From contig CARVLU010000004.1 of the NCBI GenBank assembly GCA_949082785.1, positions 23,371 to 87,370 on the forward strand: DNA of 64,000 nt, read 5' to 3'. The position numbers and the translations under genes are program-made. Below the pieces are notes generated by a model. That model worked only from the letters and a program-made list of their open reading frames with translations, did not search any database and was not told the DNA's origin. Shown piece by piece: positions 17,834 through 28,600 of the stretch. Numbering within the stretch: the first letter of the stretch is position 1; every line of letters starts with the position of its first letter. Origin of the DNA: an uncultured Alphaproteobacteria bacterium (GTDB lineage Bacteria; Pseudomonadota; Alphaproteobacteria; Rs-D84).

Positions 17834-17886
17834 GATGTATATTATACGCAATTTTGCGCCAAACGCCAAAAAATTTTTTATTCAGT

Positions 17887-17962
17887 TGGTATCCCCAGAC
17901 GGAATCGAACCGCCATTTAATTCTTAGGAGGAATTTGTTCTATCCGATTGAACTATGGGGAC
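17887..17962 (-). tRNA. tRNA-Arg (anticodon CCU)
   Basis: Cloverleaf folded by hand: acceptor GTCCCCA/TGGGGAT, anticodon loop CTCCTAA, T-loop GGTTCGATTCC, 3' CCA. Confidence 0.85.
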
Positions 17963-18049
17963 GTGTTCCTTATATCTTATTCGCTGGATTTTAATATTGC
18001 AAGTTATTATCCGCCAGACTATAATGTTCAAACAATATGGAGAAAAAGT

Positions 18050-18988
18050 ATGGGTAGCAGACTGGTTGGGTACGGGTCATATTTGCCTGAAAAAATTATG
18101 ACCAATCAAGATTTTGAAAAAATTATGGATACATCCGATGAATGGATTGTGCAACGCACCGGGATGCGCGAACGTCACTTTGCACGCGATGACGAAACCG
18201 TTGTTGATATGGGCGTCATTGCCGCACAGCGGGCGTTGGAACGCGCAAATTTAACCATCGATGATATCGATATGGTCGTGGTTGCAACAACGACATCTGA
18301 ATTGGATTTCCCGTCGGTCGGGGTCCAGATTCTGGGGAAATTGGGCGCCACCCGGGACCAGCCCGGATTTGACGTGCGCGGGGCATGTACGGGATATATT
18401 TATGCGCTGCATTGCGCGCGCGCGTTCTTTACCGCGGGGATGTACCGCCGCATCATGGTTATCGGCGCGGAAAAAATGTCCCGCTTTATCAATTGGGACG
18501 ACCGCAGCACCGCCGTATTGTTCGGCGATGGGGCGGGCGCGCTGATTTTCGAACATTCCACGTCCAGTTATTCCGGGATTATCGATACGGTCGTGATGGG
18601 TGACGGGAAATCGTTCGACATGCTGCACGGGACACCCGACCACAAGATTTCCATGAACGGACCCGAAACGTATAAAAAGGCCGTGACATTAATGCCCGAA
18701 GCCGCCAGTTACATCATGGAACATGCGGGCATCACGGCGGACAACGTCGATTGGATTATCCCGCACCAGGCAAATCTGCGCATTATCAACAGTGGCGCGG
18801 AAAGACTGGGGTTCCCGTTGGAAAAGATTTTGGTCACCGTGGACAAGCATGCAAACACCAGCGGCGCGTCGGGCGTATTGGCGTTGGCGTATGGGATGGA
18901 CAACGGTTTGATTAAACAGGGTCAGTTAATCTTGTACCCCGCATTTGGCAGTGGTCTGACATGGGGTGCGGCGTTAATCAGGGTGTAA
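18050..18988 (+). CDS. fabH: 3-oxoacyl-ACP synthase III
   Basis: MGSRLVGYGSYLPEKIMTNQDFEKIMDTSDEWIVQRTGMRERHFA...GACTGYIYALHCA (active-site Cys) ...HQANLRII...GNTSGAS. The listed ORF starts at an upstream TTG; the ATG at 18050 is preferred. Confidence 0.9.
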   Translation: MGSRLVGYGSYLPEKIMTNQDFEKIMDTSDEWIVQRTGMRERHFARDDETVVDMGVIAAQRALERANLTIDDIDMVVVATTTSELDFPSVGVQILGKLGATRDQPGFDVRGACTGYIYALHCARAFFTAGMYRRIMVIGAEKMSRFINWDDRSTAVLFGDGAGALIFEHSTSSYSGIIDTVVMGDGKSFDMLHGTPDHKISMNGPETYKKAVTLMPEAASYIMEHAGITADNVDWIIPHQANLRIINSGAERLGFPLEKILVTVDKHANTSGASGVLALAYGMDNGLIKQGQLILYPAFGSGLTWGAALIRV

Positions 18989-18992
18989 ACAC

Positions 18993-19274
18993 ATGGCAAC
19001 AATTACCAGAATGGATTTTGCAAACAAATTGCGTGAACAGTTCGGTCTGACCACGACGGATTCGTACAAACTGGTGGATGTGATTTTCGGGGAAATCCAG
19101 GAATCATTAATCCACGGCGAAGAAGTCAAGTTTGCGGGTCTGGGCAGTTTCAAGATTTTGGACAAGGCCCCACGTATGGGCCGCAACCCGAAAACGGGCG
19201 CGCCGGCGATTATTTCTGCGCGTCGCGTGGCAACATTCCGCCCCAGCACCGAATTCAGAAAACGTGTTGCGTAA
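18993..19274 (+). CDS. ihfA: integration host factor subunit alpha
   Basis: MATITRMDFANKLREQFGLTTTDSYKLVDVIFGEIQESLIHGEEVKFAGLGSFKILDKAPRMGRNPKTGAP is HU/IHF family, directly after fabH as in alphaproteobacteria. Confidence 0.85.
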   Translation: MATITRMDFANKLREQFGLTTTDSYKLVDVIFGEIQESLIHGEEVKFAGLGSFKILDKAPRMGRNPKTGAPAIISARRVATFRPSTEFRKRVA

Positions 19275-19280
19275 ATCATT

Positions 19281-19310
19281 AAAAACACCGGTAAATACCG
19301 GTGTTTTTTA
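19281..19310. terminator. bidirectional intrinsic terminator between ihfA (+) and HTH copy B (-)
   Basis: aaaaa caccggtaaataccggtg tttttta. Confidence 0.6.
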
Positions 19311-19333
19311 TTGGTTGCATCCCAGGATTGGTG

Positions 19334-19561
19334 TTACAAATTGTCGCGGCTGCGTTTTATCACCAGCAGTGCAAACGCCCCGTGAAAGAAACGACGCAGT
19401 ATCCCGATATCAAACAGCGCCTGCCCACGTTCACATTTCTGATAATCTTTCTTGTTCATTTTCAATAATTTTGCCGCGTCGGCAACACTGATTTTCAAAT
19501 GTTCGCGCGCATGACGCATCACGCTGCCATAGTAATTGGCGTCGATTAATAATTTAGCCAT
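19334..19561 (-). CDS. small XRE/Cro-type HTH protein (75 aa), copy B
   Basis: MAKLLIDANYYGSVMRHAREHLKISVADAAKLL... has one amino-acid difference and several silent differences from the copy at 15872-16099. Confidence 0.7.
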   Translation of the reverse strand: MAKLLIDANYYGSVMRHAREHLKISVADAAKLLKMNKKDYQKCERGQALFDIGILRRFFHGAFALLVIKRSRDNL

Positions 19562-19577
19562 AGTTTTAACTCCTTTA

Positions 19578-19747
19578 TAAAAACACCACCCAAGACATTT
19601 GGGTGGTTGGAGGTTCAAAACTATTAGTACAATAGCGCTGTTTATTCAATATATTCACAGCCCCCCAACCGATTAAAGTTGGAGATAGTTTAATGTCATC
19701 ACTGACAGTACTATTAGGTTTTGAAGCCTACACCGGTTTCCCAATGC
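19578..19747 (-). ncRNA. structured leader RNA, copy 1b (inverted paralog of 15673-15848; promoter at 19754-19782)
   Basis: Same architecture as copy 1. The terminator ccaccc..gggtgg differs from ccgccc..gggcgg by a compensatory G-C to A-T change. Confidence 0.45.
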
Positions 19748-19817
19748 GAATCCAGTATATCGCACCCCGCGCGAAGTTTCAAGAATTATATCACGCCAGG
19801 TGTGTTGGTTTATTGAC

Positions 19818-19925
19818 TGGATTGCCGCGCCACTATCGTGGCTCGCAATGACAAGGGTGATAAAGTTCCTGGAAATTAGACACCATTGTCATTGCGAAGG
19901 AGTGAAACGACTGCGGCAATCCAGT
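19818..19925. repeat. MITE-like palindromic element, copy B
   Basis: ctggattgccgcgccactatcgtggctcgcaatgacaaggg...ccattgtcattgcgaaggag...gcaatccag, same TIR as copy A. Confidence 0.55.
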
Positions 19926-19983
19926 GAATAAAATCCCCGCCATGGGCGGGGCGCAAACAAAAAATCCCCCATACGGGGGATGA

Positions 19984-21048
19984 TTATTGTTCGGCCATTA
20001 ATTCAGCCTTGATCGGTGCCAGCGCATCCACATGCGCACTGATTTTATGATACACATCCGATTTGGTTAAATTCAGTGCACTGCGTATCGCGTTTGCGAA
20101 CGCCAATGCGTCACTGTTGCCGTGTGTTTTAATCGCAAACCCACGCAGCCCCAAGAACATCGCCCCCGCATATGAACGCGGGTCAATTTTATGTTTCAAA
20201 CGCTTGAACACATGGACCAAGAAAAATGCCCCGACAACCGCCAGCACAGATTTTTTCAAATTTTCCATCAACACGCGCTTAATCAATTTTGCGGTGCCTT
20301 CCACCGTTTTCAAAACGATGTTACCGGTGAACCCGTCGGTGACGACAACCTGGACGTTACCGGCGCTGATATCGGTCCCTTCGACAAAGCCGATATATTC
20401 ATACGGCAATTGGTCACGATGCGCCATCAGCAATTTGTTCAAACGTTGCAGGGTTTCGTTCCCCTTGGTGTCTTCTTCACCGATATTCAAAACACCCAAT
20501 TTCGGATGGGGCATATGACCGATAACGTCGGCATAAACACTGCCCAGGATGGCAAAATCGAACAGATTTTCCGCATCACACCGAACATTGGCCCCCAAAT
20601 CCAGCATGACAACGCGCGAATCCCCGCCGCCCGACGGCAACATGGTTGTGATTGCCGGACGCGAAATCCCATCGACCGTTTTCAGTGCCAATTTCGACAG
20701 CGCCATCAACACGCCGGTGTTACCCGCACTGATGACGGCGGTGGAATTACCTTCGCGGACATCTTTGATGGCCATATACATGGATGTATTCTGGGCATGG
20801 CGGATGACATCGCGCACCTTGTCCGTGCCACGGATAACATCGGGCGCATGGATGATTTCACAATTGCGCGCGACGCGCGGATATTTGTTCATCATCTTGC
20901 GCAGACGTTTTTCATCGCCAAACACACGAAAGAATACCGTATCTTCGCCATTCTGGTACAGGAACTGGTTCATTCCACCCAACACGGCCCCGGGCGCCTT
21001 ATCCCCGCCCATTGCATCAATTGAAATAATTTGTTTTTCGCTGGACAT
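19984..21048 (-). CDS. plsX: phosphate acyltransferase PlsX
   Basis: MSSEKQIISIDAMGGDKAPGAVLGG...GNTGVLMA...VTDGFTGNIVLKTVEG. Two tandem hairpin terminators follow at 19925-19983. Confidence 0.9.
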   Translation of the reverse strand: MSSEKQIISIDAMGGDKAPGAVLGGMNQFLYQNGEDTVFFRVFGDEKRLRKMMNKYPRVARNCEIIHAPDVIRGTDKVRDVIRHAQNTSMYMAIKDVREGNSTAVISAGNTGVLMALSKLALKTVDGISRPAITTMLPSGGGDSRVVMLDLGANVRCDAENLFDFAILGSVYADVIGHMPHPKLGVLNIGEEDTKGNETLQRLNKLLMAHRDQLPYEYIGFVEGTDISAGNVQVVVTDGFTGNIVLKTVEGTAKLIKRVLMENLKKSVLAVVGAFFLVHVFKRLKHKIDPRSYAGAMFLGLRGFAIKTHGNSDALAFANAIRSALNLTKSDVYHKISAHVDALAPIKAELMAEQ

Positions 21049-21116
21049 AGCACATAAAAAAAGCAGAAGGCACAATTAAATGAACCGCCCCTTCTGCCAA
21101 TATATCTTGTTACAGA

Positions 21117-21266
21117 TTATTTAGACCCGCAAGCCGCGCAAACGTGATGCGGGCGTTTCTTTTCGCCGCATGCCTTGCAAACGGTGGACGGCATGATATT
21201 CAGCGCATCATGGGAACGACGCTGTGCGGAACGTGCTTTGCTTGTTTTACTTTTTGGCGTTGCCAT
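21117..21266 (-). CDS. rpmF: 50S ribosomal protein L32
   Basis: Unlisted 50 aa ORF MATPKSKTSKARSAQRRSHDALNIMPSTVCKACGEKKRPHHVCAACGSK with RRSHDAL core and C4 zinc ribbon. Located upstream of plsX as expected. Confidence 0.8.
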   Translation of the reverse strand: MATPKSKTSKARSAQRRSHDALNIMPSTVCKACGEKKRPHHVCAACGSK

Positions 21267-21441
21267 TTTACAATCCTTTTATAATTTACAATTGGACATT
21301 TTATTAAAATCTTGCGGATATGCAAGAAAAACTTTACGTCGATGTCCGGTCCATGGGAATGCGACCACCCCCATCAGATTTCGCACCGTCTGCGCCCGGC
21401 CCATCATTGGGTCATCGGGCGCAATCGGTACCACTGGGTCC

Positions 21442-24400
21442 TTAGATATCCAGCAACTGTTGCTGAACATTACCTTCGCGGGCCAATTTTTCCGCTTTTT
21501 CTTCTTCCTTGGCGATTTCGCGCACGCGGCGGACATATGCCCCGGTTCCAATCGGAATCAAACGACCCACAATCAGGTTTTCGTTAATCCCGACCAGTTT
21601 ATCGGTCGCACCGCTGATGGCGGCATCAACCAACACCTTGGTCGTCTGTTGGAACGACGCGTTGGAAATGAACGAACGTGATGTCAGGGATGCGCGGGTC
21701 AAACCGACCAAGACCTGGGATGCTTCGGCCGCTTTGCCGCCATCGCGGATAACGCGTGCATTTTCTTCTTCGAAATCGACGCGGTCAACCACTTGGCCCA
21801 TCAAGAAGCCCGTATCGCCCGGATTGGTGATTTCCACACGGCGTGTCATTTCACGAATCAAGATTTCAATATGTTTGTCGTTGATGATAACGCCCTGCAA
21901 ACGGTAAACCTGCTGGATCTGTTCGACCATAAATGTCGCCAATGCTTTCTGGCCCAAGATGCGCAGAATATCCTGCGGCACGGGGTCGCCATCGACCAGC
22001 TTTTCCGCCTTTTTCACGGTATCGCCGCTGCGCACCAACAGGTTTGTTCCCTTTGGCACGGCGTATTCGACCGGTGCGGTACCGTCATCGGGTTCGATAC
22101 GGATGATGATTTTGGACTTGGCGTCTTCCAGTTCGATTGTCCCGTCAACTTCGGCCAGCAATGCCGGGTTGGTCGGGCGGCGGACTTCCAACAGCGCTTC
22201 GACGCGCGGCAGACCGCCAGTAATGTCGCTGGTACGTTTTGTCTGAACCGGGATGCGGGCCAAGATGTCGCCGGCGGCAACGCGGTCGCCGTTGGCCACA
22301 TTCAGTACCGAATAAATCGGCAACAGATATTCCGCAATCTTTTTCCCGCCCAGGGAAACCACATTCCCCTTGTCATCAACCAATGTTACCGCGGGCTTCA
22401 ACGCCTTTTTGGTATTGGTCTTCCAATTGATAACCTTGCGCGAAACGATACCGGTTACGGCGTCAACTTCTTCTTGGAACGAAACGTTTTCAACCAAATC
22501 GTTAAAGTTCACAATACCATCTTTTTCCGCGATGATGGTGTTGGAATACGGATCCCATTCGGCCACCTTGGCGCCCTTTTCAACACTGTCGCCGTCATTG
22601 ACAATCAGCATTGACGCATACGGCAACGCCGCCGTGAACAGTTTGTCCCCCTTGTCATCGACAACGGACAATTCGCCGTTACGGGACAGCACCACAATAC
22701 GGCCCACCGAATTTTTAATCGTGTTGACACCCGACAATTTGATGGTCCCGGACACCGGCACTTCGATAAAGTGGCTTTCTGCGCCCCCGGACGCAATCCC
22801 CCCAATGTGGAAGGTACGCAGCGTCAACTGGGTCCCGGGTTCACCAATCGATTGCCCCGCGATAACACCGACCGCTTCGCCGACGTGGGCCAACGACCCG
22901 CGCGACAAATCCATACCATAACATTTGGCGCACAGACCGTCACTGCAACACGTCAAAACGCTGCGGACGTCAACGGACGGGATACCGGCTTCGTTAATCT
23001 TTTTGGCGGCGGATTTGGTGACCAATTCACCGGCCGGCACAATAACTTCTTTGGTAATGGGATGAACGATGTCATGCGCCGCCGTACGGCCCAAAACAAC
23101 ATCCCCCAGCGCAACCGACAGGCTTGACCCCTGGTACACAGGTTTGGCTGTGATGTATTCGGTTGTACCGCAATCGTGTTCGGTAATAACGGTATTCTGG
23201 GCCAATTCCACCAAACGACGGGTCAAATAACCCGCTTCGGCGGTTTTCAACGCCGTATCCGACATCCCCTTACGCGCACCGTGGGTGGACGTAAAGTATT
23301 CGGACATGGTCAGCCCTTCTTTAAAGTTCGAGATAATCGGAACTTCGATAATAGAACCGTCGGGTTTCTGCATCATACCACGCATACCGGCCAACTGCTG
23401 AATCTGACCCTTGGACCCACGGGCACCGGACAACGCCATCATCAGAACGGAATTCCAATTGTCGCCTTCGGTCTTGCCCAACGCGGCATATGCCAAATCC
23501 CCCAGTTTATCGGTGGTTTTCTGCCACAAGTCAATCAACTTGTTATATCTTTCGCCATGGGACAGCAACCCATTCTGGTACTGCTGTTCGATTTCTTCGG
23601 CGGCTTTTTCCGCACCAGCAATCATTTCTTTCTTTTCTTCGGGGATGACGATATCGTCAAAACCGATGGAAATACCACTGCGCGCGGCCTGTTCGAACCC
23701 GGTGTTCTTTAAGGCGTCGGCCAACAGAATCATATCTTTGTCGCCGCAACGTTCGTATGTTGTCGCCAACAGATTCTTGATTTCTTTCTTGGAAAATACT
23801 TTGTTGACCAAATCGAACGGCATGTTGTCTTTCTTGGGCAACAGTTCACCCAAAATCATGCGACCGGCGGTTGTTTTGTATGTCTTGCCATTGATACGCG
23901 CAACAATCGGTGTGTGCAGCGTGATGGTCTTGTTTTCCAGCGCCAGTTTGACTTCGTCCATATTGGCAAAGCGCGGTGATTTTTCCGTATGTTCGCCATT
24001 AATCAGCGAAATATAGTAAATCCCCAACACCATGTCCTGGGACAATTCAATCATGGGTTCGCCGTTCGCGGGCGACAGAACGTTATTGGACGACAACATC
24101 AATGTGCGCGCTTCCAATTGCGCTTCCAGCGAAATGGGCACGTGCACGGACATCTGGTCACCGTCAAAGTCGGCATTAAATCCCTTACACACCAACGGGT
24201 GCAAACGGATAGCCTTGCCTTCGATCAAGACGGGTTCAAACGCCAACAGGGACAAACGGTGCAATGTCGGCGCACGGTTCAACAGAACCGGATGCTGGTA
24301 AATAACCTTTTCCAGGATTTCCCAAACGATTTCTTCGCCGTTTTCAACCATCTTGCGGGCGGTCTTTAACGTGTTGGCATAATCCCCCGCCAACAGACGC

Positions 24401-25551
24401 GCAAACACGAACGGTTTGAACAATTCCAACGCCATTGTCTTGGGCAGCCCCACCTGGTGCAGTTTCAACGACGGCCCCGACACAATAACACTACGGCCGG
24501 AATAATCCACACGCTTACCCAACATGTTCATACGGAAACGACCGGATTTCCCGCGCAACGAATCCGACAGAGATTTCAGCGGGCGGCGGTTTTGGGACAC
24601 CATCGGGCGTGCCTTGTGACCGTTGTCAAACAGGGAATCAACGGCTTCCTGTAACATGCGCTTTTCATTGCGGACGATGATTTCCGGCGCGTGCATGTCA
24701 ATAAATCTTTTCAAACGGTTGTTACGGATAATCACGCGACGATACAAATCGTTCAAATCGGACGCCGCAACGTGGCCCGCATCCAGTGTGACCAGCGGAC
24801 GCATATCTGGCGGAATAACCGGCAGAATATCCGGCAACATCCATGCCGGGTCGGTCTTGGATTCCAGGAATGCTTCGACCAGTTTCAATTGTTTGATTAA
24901 CGCCTTGCGTTTGGCTTCGGATTTGGTTTCGGCCAATTCCGCGCGCAGACGGCGGCGTTCGTCACCCATATCCAGGTTGGCGATAATATTGCGCACGCCT
25001 TCGGCACCGATGCCGACATGGAACGCATCCGCGCCAAATTCTTCGACGGCGGCCTGGTATTCATCTTCGCTGATGACGTCGTACATTTTCAAAGACGTCA
25101 GCCCCGGTTCCGTCACGATATAGGCATCGTAATAGATAACCTGTTCCAGTTTTTTCTGGGGCAGATTATTCAACAGTGTTGCGATTTTGCCTTCGCGCAT
25201 GAACCAAGTATGGGACACCGGCATGGCCAGTTTGATGTGCCCCATGCGTTCACGACGCACCGACGACGCGCCAATTTCCACGCCGCAACGTTCGCAGACC
25301 ACGCCGCGGAACTTGATGCGTTTATATTTGCCGCACGCGCATTCATAATCTTTGACCGGTCCAAAAATCTGCTGACAGAACAACCCGTCTGCTTCTGGTT
25401 TCAAAGAATGATAGTTAATTGTTTCCGGCTTTTTAACTTCGCCATGGGACCAAGACAGGATTTCTTCGGGCGATGCGATTGTGATTCGCAGGGCGTCGAA
25501 CTGTTCTTTGGTTTCGATTTGTCCAAATATCTTTTGCAACATATTGGTCAT
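21442..25551 (-). CDS. rpoC: DNA-directed RNA polymerase subunit beta'
   Basis: MTNMLQKIFGQIETKEQFDALRITIASPEEILSWSHGEVKKPETINY..., NADFDGDQM active site, ~1369 aa. Start chosen by alignment to RpoC N-termini. Confidence 0.95.
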   Translation of the reverse strand: MTNMLQKIFGQIETKEQFDALRITIASPEEILSWSHGEVKKPETINYHSLKPEADGLFCQQIFGPVKDYECACGKYKRIKFRGVVCERCGVEIGASSVRRERMGHIKLAMPVSHTWFMREGKIATLLNNLPQKKLEQVIYYDAYIVTEPGLTSLKMYDVISEDEYQAAVEEFGADAFHVGIGAEGVRNIIANLDMGDERRRLRAELAETKSEAKRKALIKQLKLVEAFLESKTDPAWMLPDILPVIPPDMRPLVTLDAGHVAASDLNDLYRRVIIRNNRLKRFIDMHAPEIIVRNEKRMLQEAVDSLFDNGHKARPMVSQNRRPLKSLSDSLRGKSGRFRMNMLGKRVDYSGRSVIVSGPSLKLHQVGLPKTMALELFKPFVFARLLAGDYANTLKTARKMVENGEEIVWEILEKVIYQHPVLLNRAPTLHRLSLLAFEPVLIEGKAIRLHPLVCKGFNADFDGDQMSVHVPISLEAQLEARTLMLSSNNVLSPANGEPMIELSQDMVLGIYYISLINGEHTEKSPRFANMDEVKLALENKTITLHTPIVARINGKTYKTTAGRMILGELLPKKDNMPFDLVNKVFSKKEIKNLLATTYERCGDKDMILLADALKNTGFEQAARSGISIGFDDIVIPEEKKEMIAGAEKAAEEIEQQYQNGLLSHGERYNKLIDLWQKTTDKLGDLAYAALGKTEGDNWNSVLMMALSGARGSKGQIQQLAGMRGMMQKPDGSIIEVPIISNFKEGLTMSEYFTSTHGARKGMSDTALKTAEAGYLTRRLVELAQNTVITEHDCGTTEYITAKPVYQGSSLSVALGDVVLGRTAAHDIVHPITKEVIVPAGELVTKSAAKKINEAGIPSVDVRSVLTCCSDGLCAKCYGMDLSRGSLAHVGEAVGVIAGQSIGEPGTQLTLRTFHIGGIASGGAESHFIEVPVSGTIKLSGVNTIKNSVGRIVVLSRNGELSVVDDKGDKLFTAALPYASMLIVNDGDSVEKGAKVAEWDPYSNTIIAEKDGIVNFNDLVENVSFQEEVDAVTGIVSRKVINWKTNTKKALKPAVTLVDDKGNVVSLGGKKIAEYLLPIYSVLNVANGDRVAAGDILARIPVQTKRTSDITGGLPRVEALLEVRRPTNPALLAEVDGTIELEDAKSKIIIRIEPDDGTAPVEYAVPKGTNLLVRSGDTVKKAEKLVDGDPVPQDILRILGQKALATFMVEQIQQVYRLQGVIINDKHIEILIREMTRRVEITNPGDTGFLMGQVVDRVDFEEENARVIRDGGKAAEASQVLVGLTRASLTSRSFISNASFQQTTKVLVDAAISGATDKLVGINENLIVGRLIPIGTGAYVRRVREIAKEEEKAEKLAREGNVQQQLLDI

Positions 25552-25632
25552 GTATTTTTGCTCCTTATCGTCGCTAAAAGTGCTAGTGGCAAGTGTGACC
25601 GACAGCATCATCGGTCACGAATGCCCCCGCCA

Positions 25633-28600
25633 CTAATCAATTTTCTTCGGTGTCATGGCCAGCCCCAGCCCGCGCAATTCACGTACAAATACGTTAAAGG
25701 CTTCTGGTGTGCCGGTTTGGATGTCGTTGCTGCCGGAAATGATGGATTCGTACATCTTGTTTCGGCCCGCGATGTCGTCCGATTTGACGGTCAACATTTC
25801 GCGCAACAAGTGTGCGGCGCCATGCGCTTCCAACGCCCAAACTTCCATTTCCCCCAGTCGCTGACCACCCATGTGGGCTTTACCGGACAACGGCTGTTGT
25901 GTAACCAGGGAATAATTACCAATCGAACGTGCGTGAATCTTTTCATCAACAAAGTGATGCAGTTTCAGCATGTACATCACGCCAACGGTTACCGGACGTG
26001 CAAACTTTTCACCCGTCATCCCGTCGTACAGGGTGAACTGACCGGTTTCCGGCAATTTTGCCAGTTTCAACATCCGACGAATATCTTCGGGTGTGGCCCC
26101 GTCGAACGTCGGTGTCGCCATCGGAACACCATTGCGTAACAAAGCGGCTTCGGCGCGGACATCGGTATCGGTCATTTTATCCAGTTTTTCGGATACATCT
26201 TTGCCATATACCTTGCCCATGACGCTGCGCAAATCATCTGTCACGGCACGTTTTTGTTTGACTTCTTCCAGAACATCGCCAATCTGCTGGCCCAGTGTAC
26301 GGGCGGCCATGCCCAAGTGGGTTTCCAGAATCTGACCAATGTTCATACGCGACGGTACCCCCAACGGGTTCAAGACCAAGTCAACCGGTGTCCCATCGGC
26401 CAGGTGCGGCATGTCTTCGATCGGGACAACCTTGGAAACAATACCCTTGTTCCCGTGACGACCGGCCATTTTATCCCCGGGCTGTAACTTCATCTTGTGC
26501 GCGATATAGACCTTGACTTCTTTCAAGACGCCTGCGTTCAACGAATTGCTTTCGGTTGCCTTGGCCACTTCGGCGTCGGCTTTTTCGTTCAACAGCTTTA
26601 ATTTAATAATATGCTGTTCGCGCAATTCATCGATACGTGTCTGCGCTTCTTTGTTGCGCACGACAATTTTCTTCATATCGGCGGGGCGGATACCTTCGAA
26701 CACTTCTTCGGTCAGCTTTTTCCCGACAAACGGTTTCAAGCTGCCTGTGCCGGCGTCAATAACGGCGCCTTCGGCGATTTGGAAGATTTGGTCGGCAAAG
26801 CCCTTTTCGATAATGGCGATTTCTTCTTCGCGGTCTTTGTTAATCTTTTCGATTTTTTGCAGTTCAATCATCTGGGTGCGTTCGTCTTTTTTGACACCAT
26901 GACGGGTCAAGACGTTCACGCCGATAACTGTCCCTTCTTCGTTCGGCCCCACGCGCAGCGATGTATCTTTGACATTCAATGCCTTTTCCCCAAAGATGTT
27001 GCGCAACAGCGCTTCTTCCGGGGTCAGCAGTGTTTCAGATTTCGGCGAAACACGACCGACCAAGATGTCGCCCTGTTTCACGCGTGCACCGACGTAAATA
27101 ATACCGGATTCGTCCAGATTTTTCAGTGCTTCTTCGCTGACGTTCGGGATGTCGCGGGTAAAGCTTTCCGGCCCCAACTGCGTATCACGAACCTTGAATT
27201 CTTTTTCAACGATTTTAACCGAAGTATAAACGTCGTCGCGGGAAATGCGTTCGGAAATAACGATAGAGTCTTCATAGTTATACCCACGCCACGGCATGAA
27301 CGCGACCAAAACGTTGCGTCCCAATGCCAATTCACCGTAATTCATCGACGAACCGTCGGCAATGATGTCGCCCGCGGAAATGCGGTCGCCCACCTTGACC
27401 AGGGGTTTCTGATGAATCAACGTTTCACTGTTGGACCGTTCGAATTTTTCCAGGTTGTAAATATCAACCCCGGTCACAACGTTGCGGCTGTTCATACATT
27501 TAACCACGATACGGTTTGCATCAACGGATTCAACGACACCGCTGTGTTTTGCAACCTTACCGGTGCGGGAATCACGCGCCACTTCGCGTTCGATACCGGT
27601 CCCGACCAGCGGGGCTTCGACGCGCAACAACGGCACGGCCTGGCGTTGCATGTTCGAACCCATCAACGCACGGTTGGCGTCGTCCGATTCAACGAACGGA
27701 ATCAAACCGGTTGCGATGGACATAACCTGACGCGGTTCAACGTCGATTAAATCGATTTCTTCTTTGGGCACCATGGTAAATTCGCCGTCAACGCGTGCGG
27801 TCACGACGTCTTCGGACAGAATGCCCGCGGCGGTTGTGGGTGTGTTACCCTGGGCGATTTTGTGGCCCAATTCTTCGTCCGCCGTCAGATAAACGATTTT
27901 ATCTGTAATTTTACTGTTTTCGACCACATAGTACGGTGTTTCAATAAATCCATACGGATTTACACGTGCATACGCGGCCAAATGGTTAATCAGCCCAATG
28001 TTGGCCCCTTCGGGGGTGTGGATGGGGCACAAACGGCCATAGTGTGTCGGGTGAACGTCGCGGACGTCGATACCGGCGCGATCGCGGTTCAACCCACCCG
28101 GCCCCAGGGCCGAAATACGACGCTTGTGTTCCAATTCTGCCAACGGGTTGTACGCGTCCATAAACTGGGACAATTGGGACGTGCCCAAGAATTCAGACAC
28201 CAGCGACATCAACGGTTTAACGTTAATGACATCCTGGGGCTGCATATTGGCAATATTCGGGCTGGACAGCGCTTCGCGGACCAGACGTTCGATACGAACC
28301 ATCCCGGTGCGGAAATTCTGTTCCAACAATTCGCCAACGGTGCGGACGCGACGGTTCGACAGATTGTCGATATCATCGACGACGTCTTTGCGATCGATAA
28401 TGTTGGTCAGTGTTTTCAACACGGCCAAGAAATCCGCCTTGGTCAACAAACGTTCATCTTCGGGCTTCTTGCCGGATTCGATTTTCAGACGCTTGTTCAT
28501 TTTAAAGCGGCCCACCGCCGACAAATCATAATACGCGGCTTCAAATCCCTGGCGCAGGAACAGATTGATGGCCGCTTCCAGTGTCGGACGTTCGCCCGGA

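Noticed and set aside
17948-18049. Extended fabH N-terminus from a TTG start
   Set aside because: The extension (MNYGDVFLISYSLDF...) overlaps the tRNA-Arg gene and has no similarity to FabH N-termini. The ATG at 18050 aligns with conserved FabH starts.
20191-21079. Plus-strand ORFs 20191-21024 and 20549-21079 overlapping plsX
   Set aside because: Antisense to plsX. Their low-complexity, R/H-rich translations are characteristic of spurious frames.
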